NCBI GenBank assembly: GCA_030141605.1
Contig: JAQGDQ010000077.1
Location: forward strand, 558,001 to 622,000
DNA: 64,000 nt
Reading direction: 5' to 3'
DNA from: Tubiluchus corallicola
Taxonomy: Eukaryota; Animalia; Priapulida
The notes beneath the pieces were generated by a model, which saw only the letters and a program-made list of their open reading frames with translations, did no database searches and was not told the DNA's origin. Position 1 is the stretch's first letter. Every line of letters begins with the position of its first letter. Positions 12,901 to 24,277 of this stretch are shown here, piece by piece. A program made the translations under genes and the position numbers.

Positions 12901-14258
12901 GTGTCACAAGACTGATATCGTACCTTACAGCTACTTCAGATTTTTGTGCATGCATACAGGACAGTAGCTTGCTCGTTGACATGTGTTTGGTGTTGAATGT
13001 CTATAGTAATACGGAAATTATTAAAAACACACTGCAAGTGCTGAAAAATCTGGTTGAAAATGATTCAAGAAACTGTTTATCAATTAAACATGCTGGAGGT
13101 ATAACAGCTATTTGCAACTTGCTTTTTGAAATTGATGATGAGTCTGTACTTGAACAGATTGCATCAGCTTTAGAGAAATTAGCTGTGTCATACGACAACA
13201 GAGATGAAGTTGCAAAACTAGGTGGAGTAAAAGGGCTGATTAAAAAAATGCAAATTACAACAAACAGAAAATTTCTTAGAACGGGTCTGCATGCTTTAAT
13301 ACAACTTGCATGGGAAAACCAGGAGAACTGTGAGACAATTTTACGCATTTTTTCATCAGGCTTAAGAGATTTCCATGATGAAGTAATTCAGAATGCAATG
13401 CTGGACGTGCTGTTAAAGATATCGTTTAATGGCGACATTAACGATGGTTCGCTTGAGGAAACTGGTGAACATATGTCAGAATTTAAGTTAGTACGGCAGC
13501 TGATGGCAATTGTTTTACAACAGCCAGGACTTTGTACTGATTTGCTCAATGAATACAGTGAATTTCTTCCACGAGACTTGCAAACCAAATCTAGTGTCAT
13601 GGAGGTAGCCTCTGTCAGCAACAGTGCCACTAATACAAATACTGAGCATGTGAAAGGAACTACAAACGATGGGTCATGGTATACCCCAGAATGTAAGTGG
13701 TCACAACGGGGCCACCTGATTTTAATTTCAGTTCTGTTACATGGAGTTGAGAAAGAATCATGCAGTTTGGCCATCGATGATCGCAATCTTAATTTTGCAA
13801 CAAAAATCAGTGACAAAAGATATAAAATGCAACTGTCATTGTATTCTTCAGTCATTTTGCAAAAAATGGATGTTTTAGGTAGGGAAGTGCTACTTTATCT
13901 TGACAAAGGAAATGATTCTAAGTGGCCACGGTTATGTAGCATGAAGAAAAAATTGCCAAACGTCTCACTAGATTATGACAGACTTGAAAGTTCTGATTCT
14001 GAATCTTGTAATTGGAATAGCAAACCAAAAAGGCCAAAGAAAAGAAAAATGACTGCTAAGAAATTGAAAGACTTAGCCGCAGATATTGAAGCAAATTCTG
14101 GTGATAGTGACAAGTTATTAGATGATCAGGAAGGAGTACCAGGTGGCCTGTATGATGCTGGTAATGTTTGGAAGCCTGAAGATGTTGATAGTGATGTAGC
14201 GTCCACCTATTCTACTGACGGCATGGTTGATCGGGATGAGCACAACTATTTGGATTAA
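6927..14258 (+). CDS. TDRD12: TDRD12-like Tudor/DEAD-box-like piRNA pathway protein (Tudor - disordered region - helicase-like - CCCH - Tudor - Tudor - ARM repeats - CS/p23 - acidic tail), single coding exon
   Basis: 2443-aa ORF. Q-motif PKPVQAFSWP, motif I SPGTGKT (~9870), LVLCSSW (Ia), ATP (Ib), motif II LDNID (10212-10226), CCCH finger CSYLKAYGKC...C..RH (11121-11180), extended Tudor motifs (YVDEG; WNRGRI..VFYVDYG..LPFQAIECAL), CS domain PECKWSQ...WPRL (~13685-13935). This domain order is characteristic of the TDRD12/BoYb family. Confidence 0.9.
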   Translation: MTSLQMTEMINVTILEVQSPVHYIVQEIPSVGDTHSEAAKFKELRNQMDLFYKHSARKLVDPKNGQYCVFPWRNKGYVRAKIEEIFRRRSGYHANCILLDFSNVVGKSVNDLYEAEDEYFQFPFQAKHFELYGIQPLTLTIDYDNDLKAEKRPTLGWDEAALKAVCSRVEEAGGYKIVVQHRDCNDVLYGNLYLSINHKCYCINDWLVEHEYGFRTVLGRLPNASPPTSLVIDRGEPMPKPEILNSENTCNTKFACEDEAESIDNSGNKSLPSSLCSALSAKSTNTNYKFPVGRGSALQHKKVKETVGSSNTSHVPFQHSVVSTQLENNQSSISDISYQYSQCLALKNKQANIRDVKSDYKFANYKSPVGRGTALKQLLSPASKHACHIAPLVCKTEAFKHPSGNAFGTSVSSDNRVLRHLAMYERADSVAEVTNVQLKQPNLTVFVRNKTKSSGSLNSDSRVSCVTAVSETKHVNQSAIMKPDDSIISQVPQFGNFDTTQLPPLVKFNDMPLHNIHKDSLQLSPSEKFRTGQTAASPLSSPALPATSHNQEDDTLPDAKCQTLTVKGQHSLNLPSDEVGSHQMNIVPQIKFKFQHTQDEISSQQQCVTSADEPTKELSSISPSCNFSSCHSYTTALDKCSSTKPLFIPADDFSSDHPSFSSQCNSGCHDLVVSPPDNSQQPHVTSADDCSSNQLHLTPPEVNIEQSCITSLQDHSHHDSYIPPPSDFSSQQPLSTPSNHITSQVPYIPPQNDFSIDQPHIVLSDELSSLQPCASPLSEFALLQTVIPPPEEFSDLQTQVVLLDSILNIDPPIEFDDCESKASASDASESGNEIGLNKDSFSLNIMPGFSHVQACESGTLVEYRSKTSATRTETEVESQNKYVLKGRLPKHVNVSKESKELQDMGGQYQFFSEAVRADIDKCGVFVRGRELVKPIWSLELSPINEVIKSKLSDLGFKRPKPVQAFSWPHIFRCCNRIVAISSPGTGKTLAFLLPIMTKILQPDLFKDIPLGRGPLALVLCSSWKRAVGVYDQLRELWPVDSEEMKTVVIHAGGQEKKEQEVQLLNGCKMLIATPHCLIRMLEAKITDLERLCYFVLDNIDILAEQFVELLRKLMTEFGKVLECRATTKIGKGFTTVPTQIIACGAQWSRGVRSFVESYMNLDMVIIISSKIEAAVYAAVRQDVKVVSKAGLSLALSSAIKSLDPSIRKVLLFVADEGEETSNKDIEKVDSLASFTVAHVRKTDEVVIFNDSMDNLEIRDNREKWFKGCSSPTGRMFMVTHDKCFDKLGVTDADCVIHWDLPKRLKNIFGNRLQCMEDHYPGFEGCVDKKQLNVHINAQKCMQELRCLSIVFITEECEQQGKFFLCLLERLQQVVPAELRLFVETTEKNQEASKDQRELCSYLKAYGKCQDSLHCKCRHQLYESLDKPGVFSSYIALPTSGEVKVLITHIEDASRYYGRLLEHRSKNNIIKKIPSQYQQLSFDLQLHYVVDTRCTPHSEPQIGDLCISKDNNGIAKRVKVVAFAKDSKSCVVHYVDEGMFSEVKANGLLTMHDKFKLVPFQVVEIYLANIKPTDDDIDWPPAAQEKALTLVKGQHLDGKILLSLGNILWLNPLVKRTYLSDIKTYINDYNVCSQLLRSGLCVQNNDHITLLRNICKGVIALPEQHVTNSELSLPESVAELPVNECIAVYVSAVHAPDHIFIQKADTADELNSLMQKMNTEEINSRQRILNVAEGLLCLAVMPTENQWNRGRIINISKAENGVQEVEVFYVDYGDTEFVAIDDLRPITPAELELPFQAIECALADILPVDGGEWTEASSNALWESTLNENGTKMLLTAVATNCSSDISQFTKQPIYNVQLSNNMRTDGIVFNHHLISLGHAIPSNSLLQKLFPVSAQHLILSLLKSNDISVKIKLANDIKKAFDHNPSQQECVQVFCRLFKFCSEEQLHCFLLQTLCDLITEKFVSCEIFMQEKFVRSMSTFLAQARNSESIECVTRLISYLTATSDFCACIQDSSLLVDMCLVLNVYSNTEIIKNTLQVLKNLVENDSRNCLSIKHAGGITAICNLLFEIDDESVLEQIASALEKLAVSYDNRDEVAKLGGVKGLIKKMQITTNRKFLRTGLHALIQLAWENQENCETILRIFSSGLRDFHDEVIQNAMLDVLLKISFNGDINDGSLEETGEHMSEFKLVRQLMAIVLQQPGLCTDLLNEYSEFLPRDLQTKSSVMEVASVSNSATNTNTEHVKGTTNDGSWYTPECKWSQRGHLILISVLLHGVEKESCSLAIDDRNLNFATKISDKRYKMQLSLYSSVILQKMDVLGREVLLYLDKGNDSKWPRLCSMKKKLPNVSLDYDRLESSDSESCNWNSKPKRPKKRKMTAKKLKDLAADIEANSGDSDKLLDDQEGVPGGLYDAGNVWKPEDVDSDVASTYSTDGMVDRDEHNYLD

Positions 14259-15244
14259 GTGTGGTGGGGCAACTAAGTGAACTGTAATATAATACTGATT
14301 GTATTGATTTAGATATATCCCACTTTTGCTGTAGAATTTTACTGAAGTCCTGTTGACGGGCTTCTATAATAGTAATCTTGTTAATAATGCTACTTTTTTG
14401 TGCAGCAAAAATCAGGTGAGTTTGTGTTTCAACTGGGGACCTCTTAGATTGTGACTTGGAATGTGCACGCAGTATTGTGTAGCACAGAATACCCACCTCA
14501 GCATAAGTGAGCTGAGATGCTACTGACAGAGCTAGGAACAATAACAGTTATTTCACAGCCCGCTGAGAAATTTTTGTCATGAACTTCATAGCATTTATGT
14601 GTTTTATTGTTTGTATGTGTAATTGTGTAATACTGCACATTTTGCATATAAAGTGGTTTAGATATATCATGTACTCCTGAGAGCAAGGATTGCTTGTAAT
14701 GAGGGAGTCGATATCGTTAGTATAAAATGACGTGTTCGTGCATTGTTTTTTCCATAATTAATCACAAATGCTTTGCACTACATGATGGTATTTTTTCATT
14801 AAGTTGTGCTAGATTCAGCTAGTATTTTATCATTCTTTGTACAATTAGTAAATGGATTCTGTAGAGTATTATCGAAATACTGTAAGAGCATTCATGACAT
14901 ACACTGTGCTGCATTTATTATAGTTTTGTAATAATGTTTGAGGCTGGTAAAAATTAATAAGAACCCTTGTAACTTTTCAGTTGTTTTCTTTTTTTAAGTT
15001 AATGACTGGCAATGTTTTGCTTAAATTATAGATATTTAAGTACTGTTTTCTTGCTTTGTTGAATAATATTAAGCTATGCAGTTGAAAGATTTTTAATCAT
15101 TTTATAATATAGCTAAATGTTTTGATGAACTTCTTTATACTCGTGACCAAACTAACATTTGTGTAAGAATTTTTTTGTTACGAGTCTTTTTATACGGTAA
15201 CTTTTCTATTGTTCACAAATGTAACGCACACTTATTTAAATTTG

Positions 15245-15254
15245 TGTAAATAAA
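15245..15254 (+). terminator. Candidate polyadenylation signal of the TDRD12-like gene
   Basis: AATAAA at 15249-15254 at the end of a ~1-kb U/GU-rich 3'UTR-like region, followed by T/GT-rich sequence. Confidence 0.4.
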
Positions 15255-18200
15255 TATAAATCTCTGTGTACATTATAAATGTTTGAGTAAGGTTTTTTGT
15301 AACAGCCTTGGCTGCATGCAATAATTGTGCTTTAAATTTTTAATTTTTTTTACCAAACTAGGTAGGAAAATGAGTGGGCTTCTTATAATTATTTTTGCCA
15401 ACTAGACCCAGTCTGTGTTAATGCCATACACAGTATTATTGGATATTTTCAATTTTCTCATAATTTTCAATTGTCTCATAACGTTTAGGTGATAAAAGTT
15501 AATTTTATTAACTTGAAATCTCAACCAGATCAATATCAAAATTACTTGCATTAGTGAAATTTTTGTGTTGTGAGATTCGGGAGATTAAAGTTTTATATTT
15601 TTTCTAATTGATCCATTTGTGTTTTTCATTTTGTGCAATAGCCTGCATATAAACTATTAAAAAATAAAAGGTGATTGAAATACTTTTTTGCAAAACATCT
15701 AAAGTATAAAACCGAACAATTAACCACAACAGGGATTAGCAGGGTTAGGAGATCGAATACTTATTAAATACTTGTTTTTGTGCGCAAAATGAGACAACTG
15801 TATATAGCATGCCGATGTCTCACTCACAAATCTTAGGTTTACAAAATTACACGTTAACTGAAAAAGAAAAGCTGTTAGCTGTTTAAACTCTTTCGCTATA
15901 GAGACTTGCAAAGACGTTAGTCAAATATGGCGAAGAAGCTCAACAAATGGAAAATGGACCGAACACACATCACCTCTCAAGCGACCTTTGTTTCTTCGTC
16001 ATGAGACTATAATTATGAGTCTTTTTCCAATGCTTTATTCCCGCGTTTTAGCTTGAAGTTTTCCTGTTTATCAAACATTAGTTTTCGGCACTGACGCACA
16101 ACAGATTCAGTGTGAAAACTTGTTTACCAAGGCTAGTTTCTATGAGTCAAATTAACCTAATAATTAGTGCGTAATTAGAGTACTATTTGATTCGGCTCGC
16201 ATGATAGTTACTGGTTTTGACACAGTTTCGAGTCGAGTGTCTCTTCAAACCGATCAGCTTTTTTCGAAACTAACTGTTCGTCAAAATCTGGTGCAATTAT
16301 TATTGGAAATTTTCGATAAAATAATTTTTTGAACTTTCTTGTTTCAAAATTTCGTACACATATGAAAAGAATAGACCTACATAAACAAACATTCCTAGAA
16401 AAGAACATAATTTGCAACTAGTTTTCGTTTATTGACACCGTAACTCATTGAAACTGCAAAGAGCAATTCTACAGATCAGTATTTTTGTTAGCAAATTTTA
16501 TAATCCACTATTTAAACAGTTTTTGTTATAGTAGCAAAATTGACGTGAAAATTGCGTGTAAAAGGCGTGTGTGGTGGCGTGATAGAAGAAAAGAGCAAAA
16601 CATTAAACTCAGCCAAATTTTCATGTGTTTGCAGAAGTCACACTACTCATAGGTCACTGGCTTATGGTGGAATTTTTGGCTTTCAAAATTATGTGGATAT
16701 AGGTGCAGTTAACTACATCATGAACTCATCGTTCGTATGCCGATAGCCTGATCTAGACGTATATAAAAAGTGTGATGTTATTGCTTATCAAGCCAGAACT
16801 GACCAAACGCTGAAACAACGAAATCCGAAGTTATACAAACTTTACATTAAATTTATGGTTTGGGCTAGGCTTGTAATACCAGATTATGACAAATTTTCGC
16901 AAAATTAGACTCAATACGTTACACGGGAAATTTATTTGCATTCTTAATTACGAGCCAATTGTGAGGGAAGTCATGCTACACAGATCATTGGTTACACGTT
17001 ATAATGTCATTCATTACCACATTTCTAGGAAAAGTGTGTAGAACAAAAACCAAGGAACAAAATTGGTGAAACCTTTTGCTGAAAATTCTCATTAGTAAGG
17101 TAGTGGCTTCGCATCACACTTCCTTGGACCAAGTCTTTAAAACATTATACTAGTTACAATTTATATAGTAATTCATAATATAACTTTAAACACTTAATGA
17201 TTTTTGTAATATGTCAATATACACATATTTTGAATTACTTTTTTATACTGACAACGCCCATTTGAACTTGCAAAATCACAGAAACCAGATTAGGGCTTGA
17301 AGATGCGTCCCTTTAATTCCTAAATAAATTTCATTTAGTCTTCATTATTTTATTGCTGTGGCTGCTAGACGACTGCTAGACAGTGAAGACAACACGAGAA
17401 TTGAGAACACGGCCGAACGAGACTAAGCTTGAACTGTGGGCTGAAATGACCCATACAAACGCATTTTTTCACCTCTTGAAAAGAATAACCTATACCGATC
17501 CGTCACGAATTAACATAATCCATGCATGCTCCTTGGTTTTTTGATCATTATCCTATCCTAATCCCTGTCAATGATTCAGTATCTGTGGGATAGTGAACGG
17601 ATTTGTCTGTCACGCAGCGACTGCAAACAAACGCTGAAAAGGAAGCAGCTTGTTTGACAATATTTAAAAAACTTTAATCTTGCGAGACAAATTTGTTATT
17701 CTTCCGGAAAGTGAAACAAAATCATGGCTAGAAATGGTTTAAAAGAGGGAGGGGCTATTTGTCAAAACAAACAAGTATAACGTTGAATACACCATAAATC
17801 TTCACAGACATTACAAGATGAACAAAAATGGGGGAATGTCGAACGAACGAAAAAATAAATGTGGGGATTAAATAAGTGGACGACGTAATGAGAAAAGCGA
17901 ATTAATATAAATTAAAATAATACGTTATTGACTGTAGACGAAGGGATACTCGAGAAGAGGGAATAAATGAAATGAAAGTTATGCGTTATTGACTGTTGTT
18001 AATCATTGTTAGTTTAACATTAGTTTAGGTTTTATAAGCTTTGTTCCTATAAAAACTTTAGGTTTAACAAACACCGTAGAACTTGAGCTGCCACATTATT
18101 AACGTAGTATTCTGAAGAAATTCACTTTGGCATGTCTGTATATGTATTCCGTAATCTCTGTAAATATTTCTGAGACACGCGTATAATAATTATGTAACAG

Positions 18201-18564
18201 GTCAGCAACTTTTAATGTTTAAATTCTACAGCATGTAGACTCAGCTCGCTCAGCTGATTAAACTAAACTGCTCACCTGTTAGTCTTGTTACATAATTATC
18301 ACGGATTTTGTCTATCAAATACCTTATCTGACACCACGCAGAACATTCACGCAGTATAAGTGACAGTGAGAGTTTAGCAAGAAATTCATAGACTTTCTAT
18401 TAATATATATTTCGCTTGTTATTGGGTTATTTTATAGTTTTGTCATTAAATAAAGCTAGATATCAAACCACATCAAGCTTGGATAATAAGCCAACAATAT
18501 ATTGGATCGCTACTTTAAGCTAATGTAACGTTATGCTTATAACGTTTGTTTGGTGTGCTTGCTA

Positions 18565-18745
18565 CTGTCCACCTACTTACCTACATATCTGCCTGCCTGC
18601 CCGCTTGCTTGCCTACCTGCTTATCTAGTATCTACCTACCTATCTGCCAGCCTACCTACTACATGTTACTTATCCACCTACGGTTTATGCCTGACTGCTG
18701 CTACTGTCATGCCTTCCTGGTCCAGTTTGCCAGTTCCTGACTGAC
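18565..18745 (+). repeat. Degenerate (CCTA/CCTG)n simple repeat
   Basis: Same motif type as the interior of the 60880-62430 element. Confidence 0.8.
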
Positions 18746-21700
18746 ACACGTCTCTTTGCATTAAAAAACACATTCATACAACTACAGATACCCTGTTCAG
18801 AAGTTCATACATTTGCGTTTTTCTTGCATTCAGTTTAGCATGACATCGTATTAAACATTTATGGTTGCTGACTTTTGGCGTATAAAAGAATATCCTATAC
18901 AGCTATTATAATTATTTTAAGATTTTTATTCTTATGCGCAGTGATGTGAACCCGTCTGGAGCTGAACTCTAGAAACGCTGTAAAGCATAACCAATATTAC
19001 CAATATTGTTAGTTAGATTAGGCGCTTACAAATCTTTTTCTGCCACTGCTCAAAAGTCAAATTAAAACGATAAACTCTAATCAGAAGAAAGCAAACGAGG
19101 TTGAAAAATGAAGTCGCTAAACTTTACTTAACCGAATAGCACTAATGACTTGGCCTTATTTTTGTGCAGAGCAGAAAAAAATAGTTTCTTTTCTCTGTTT
19201 CAACTTGTATCACTCATTTAACGAATAATTATATATAGCTAAAGCACAGACATAAAGTGGTTTTAAGTGATCTGACCCCTTTAAATGACTGCTTAATTTT
19301 CCTTACAAATCCACAAGTTATTGCTTCGAAAAATTAATTAGGTTTGTAACTGACATAATGCCATAGTAACTTTGGCATGCAAAGTCGCTTTTAAATGTTA
19401 TACTAAAACAAAAATCTAGTTTGGTTTGTATTTTAATAATTTCAAAGTGCTTAAACTTGAAATAGCGCAGAAGCAATTTTTAAAAAAACCTTCATAAATT
19501 TCCAGGAAGAAATGGGATAGAAGTCTAAACGAATTGATTTGATTTGTAAGCAATGGTTTACAGTGGTAAGGCATATAAGTACAATTACCCTAGAATGAAG
19601 TCTCGTGATTATATTATGGAACCTATTAAGGAAGGCAATGATAAGTATTTCCCTTCGTCAGAGACCCACATGAAGTCGATGTAAGGAATAATTAATGTGT
19701 CTGTTTACAAATTATAGCTTCATGAAAATATGCCGAGGTTGCTCGGTTTTAATAAGCAGTTCGAAAAGTGGGAATTTTTAAAGCTGGTAATCATGTACTG
19801 CTGTACTACAACTATAGCTACATAGTAAATGATACCTGTCACTGTTCTTTGAACGATTTGTCAAATCACGCACGGCTTTACAGTGTGCTGAAACTAGCTA
19901 GTAGTAATACTTATACCCGACACCCCGGAAGAGACTGAGGATACTATAAGTTCATTACGATACGCCCAGTAATTGCGCCTCGATTAGGCAAAGCAGAAAG
20001 TGACTTGTGGAACAATTTTTCATGGCACATTAGCATTCTTAAATAGTATTTTTCGAAATGTTTTCGATTTATAAAATTTGATATAATTAGAAGTAATAGA
20101 TTTATGAATTGATGAAAATAGTTACCTAGTTATTGATGTACTGTACTTTTTAATACAAATGTGTGTACAACACATAGTGAACAAGCTAAAGTACACACTA
20201 AGACGTCTTCTTTTCCACGTGTCGTCTGTTAGGTCAACAGAGACTTCCTTGACAAGCGATTCACCTTCAAATTTTAGCTTGTAAGTTTCGAAAAGTAAAC
20301 AAGTGGTCATTTTGGACGGAGATTAAAAATAATTGAGAAAAAAAGAGTAGCTTATATAAAAATATAATGGATATGTCTATAGTATGTATACGTAAAATGC
20401 TAGAACTTGACATAGATGTAGTCTCGGTACACGGGCATGCAATACGAGGTGACTGGACCGTCGCTTAGATTAAGCCTATCTATAATCGTAAAACCGGCAG
20501 TATCGCGTTCAAATATAGTTGACTGATCCAGGTAATTGGTTTAACACTTCGTACTGCTGATATTTGATTAATTGGTCAAGATTAAGTGTATAGTATTTTG
20601 TTTGATTGCTATTGCATACAATTTGCAATAATGTCAACGATTTAAGCTACATTATCATTTTAGTAACAAAGTCTAACGTCGATTAACATAGGCTAATGTA
20701 ACAGCTTAGTCACAATTTACAGAGAAAGTTTGACGTTCGCTGATAACAAGTTACCGTGACACAAGGAACTGTTCAATTTCAGAAGTGACACAGAAAAATC
20801 CTAGCTATACAACGATATTCATTGTTCTAGGCAACTATAAAATCTAAGAATTTACCAGTCTAGACAGTCTTAAATTGAACTACATAAAATCAGTCGTCAT
20901 CACAGTCATCGTAATCATCAGCTTCGTCGTTAAAACTGTCATTATCTGTCATAATAGTCATCGCCGTAATCGTTATCAGTAATACCGAATCAGTTTTCAC
21001 AGCAAAAATTGCACATGGGAGAAACCAGCAAGGACAACGACCTGAAAATTTTATGAGCACTTTTATAGTAAACCGACCGCCATATATAAATTCCGATTTT
21101 TTATTACCAAAGTTTATTAGCAGGCGTATTCACTACTTTCAATCTCCGTGAACGAGCAACTCTATATATTCATGACTTGCTATACAAAAGTTTGATTTTT
21201 AATTGCAAATTTGATTTTTATATGGATGATCTTTTTTAATAGCCTGAATTGTGTATTTTTGATTATTACTTTACTGTTTCTAAAGTGTAAGTAAGTAGCA
21301 TTCCAATTAGTATTTGTTGACATTTACACCTCTTTGCGATACTTTTTGTTTGTCCTACCCTCTACATAGGAAAATAATTATGTAGTTTCGTATCGATAAC
21401 TGGGCCACTAACTTACACCCTGAGATATCCGGCTGCCTAGATATCATCTAGCATTCAACATGGAAGGTATTCTATACTGCTGATTAACCCGCCTTCTAAT
21501 AACGACCGTGAGCTTCACTTCTTTGACTTTTTACAGGTGTGTCATAAAACATTCTCTACGAGTCCATTCTATACGAGCAGATCGTAAAAAGCTGTTCAAA
21601 CGAACAAAGACATTATAGCGCATCTCGTCTAATAAGCTGAGACTTGCATAGTTAAAATTTATAATTTAACGTTTGCGTTTTTAAACAATAATCACTAGAT

Positions 21701-23518
21701 CATTATAATTGCGTCCTAATAAGTCCATAGTTTAGTTTATGTTATGTAATAATTTTAAGAGATACATTTTGACAACGAAGTTGTTGTTTTTCATTAACAG
21801 TATCACTATGACAAAATCTTCAGTATTTATTATGTGTGTATTAATCACTATTTGGTATTAATTAGATTTTAACTGCGAAAATAATCACCCTCATAAGAAC
21901 CCGCACGATGGACAGTTACACATGTAATTCAAACAACGCACGCTAAACTTTATTATACTCATGGATTTTCGGACTCAGCGCAAGGACTTTGAGTAGTTTT
22001 TAGTACAAATTGATAAAAAAATTAATTAAGGAACAAAAAATTTTCGGACTCTCAAGAATGCATCAAGCTGCAAGCGTTGAAACAGTAGGAGTTCGTTCAA
22101 CTCAGAAGGCGCTCTCTGCACACAGGCACCTAGAGCATGCAATTAAAAGAACGTCATTTTCTACACCTTTGAAGTGGCGACTGCTCCTATTAGTAAACCC
22201 CGCTGGCATCACACAAAATGTTCGTCAAGTTACCGAGCGTATTTACTTACACAAAATGCTGGTAAATTCCCTGATAACTGTAGTAACTAGGTGTGTTGGC
22301 TGCTACTGTCAAAATGTCAATCAATCACGTACTTTCGACTTTATGAAAGTCGAAGGTGAAAGTCTCTTATAAGACTAGTTCTTATTAAAATAGAATAAAA
22401 AACCAAAACGAAAAATGATCTATTGTTTACAACCTAGCAGCAAAAGAACGTAACGTGTTAACGAACGAGCGTGCTTGTATACTTCGTAGAGCTCGGGGTA
22501 CAAAATGTAAAAAAACAAGACGTAACAAACGATTCTTAACAAACAATTTTTGGTCCAACTAGCCTGCTGCTTATGCAGTAAAAATGGTTGCAACGGAAAC
22601 GCAGGGCAAAGCTTCTAATTTCGCGAAAGGAATTCAAAAGAATAACGCAACCTCACTAAATTAAATGGGGATTATATACACAAACTCTTCCTTAACAGTT
22701 AGAAGTGTTTTAATTTATGGGCCGTCCGCGCGGTCATTCAAAACACTGTCATTTTTCAGTTTGTCAGTGTTCACGGGCCTGTGTGACTGTGTGAACACTG
22801 AAACTCACAGCAAAACTTGTATGTCATTTAAGTTTGACCATATCAAGCTCGCTGTCACTAAAAAAATCAACGAATTATTAGCAAAAAGCACCTGTATTTC
22901 ATAAGTGTGCGGAAATTTCCGTAAATGACTCTATGAAGATGGAGACAGGAGTAAAGAATGTATAGTACGTTTACAGACTTGTAGGGGGGAAATGTACAGG
23001 TACATTAGCTACTTGCACTCGTATTGCGGTGACCAACCTGCGACAGCACAAACTGTGGTGCTTTGACAACTTTCCCTTTCTGCATTAGAGGTAAAACATA
23101 CTTGGTGTCATCCCGGATATAATTGAAAAAGTCCTTTGCGCTTCTGCTCTCAATTCTTAGAATATCTAATAATAATACCTTCCTGTTTCGTTTCTTTTAC
23201 GTAGCCGCTTTTTTACCCAAAGGTTCTTTTTCTTCTGATTTCGTTTTCGCTTTTCAGATGCACGTGCTAAAATAAAGCTCGTTTTCATAAAAACGATTTT
23301 GGTTCTACGAAGAGAACACCTCTTCCATAAATAGTTAAAATAGTGAAATAAATAGTGAAAACCGATCATCCAGACAGTCTGGTGTTTTGAATGTCAGCAT
23401 TTTGGCTGCCAGTGTTTTGAGGGACCGTGTATATGACTATAGGCATTATCCTAAAGTATTTATACGTTAACATTTATACTCATAAACTATAAACTTCTTG
23501 GAAATAACAAGAACTTAC

Positions 23519-23663
23519 TCCAACATAATCGCCATTGACAAAAACTTGGGGGATCTCCGGTTGTTGGTCTAGTAGTAACCGTTCCTTCAGTTCCATCTGT
23601 GCTTCCTCGTTCACACACAAGTCTCTTTCCTCAAACCTAACCATTAACGTCCGAAAAATATTC
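23519..23663 (-). CDS. GRXCR1: GRXCR1-like coding exon 3
   Basis: tttgcag|...|gtaagt; NIFRTLMVRFEERDLCVNEEAQMELKERLLLDQQPEIPQVFVNGDYVG (glutaredoxin PQVFVNG motif). Confidence 0.92.
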
Positions 23664-24277
23664 CTGCAAAAATTTCATTTTTTCTGAAAGTATAGCACTT
23701 GATCAGTCAATGATACAATTCTAAGAATATGGAAAATGTCCACTGAGGAGAAAAATGGAAGATACCATGCACTATTACTAAACGCTTCAAAAGAAAGTTC
23801 TTGGTTTTTACATAAATGATAGCTTTTGATCGATTTTTATCATTTGGTATCTAAGCCTGTAAATTCTCTAAAAGGTTACTTTCACACTATTTAATACATT
23901 TCTCGTTTTTGCTGCGGTAACATTTGCAAAAAGTACAAAAATAACACTGCAAAAGTGGCAAAATAAGAAATGTTGGAAGCATTTTTCTTGGCAAAGTGGA
24001 TTTTACCGGACAAAAATGGTTAATAAACTCCACATCAGCTATGCAGCGAACCCTTAGCGAAACGAACTGAACTAAAAAAAAATTGGTAAATTTCCAACTA
24101 CTTGCGAAGGCTAACTGCGACTTGCTGCCCTAGGCTCACGCACTAAACCAATCGGTCGGTCAGCAATGACACGTGAAACAAAGAAATGTATCTTGACTTA
24201 CAAAAGTAAAATAGCTAGACCTAGTGGTCTTAAATTTTAATACTCAGACTGTCAAGTCACAGACCAAAAGTACTTAC

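Noticed and set aside
7526-14541. Several antisense or alternative-frame ORFs overlapping TDRD12
   Set aside because: Shadow ORFs of a long coding sequence with no recognisable motifs
17300-19290. Kolobok-like right ends (…GTCCCT TTAA at ~17310; …GACCCCT TTAA at ~19280)
   Set aside because: No matching left TIR was found, so element boundaries cannot be supported
22010-22372. 120-aa ORF in a CpG-richer intronic patch
   Set aside because: TTG start and no recognisable domain; possibly a decayed transposon but not supportable
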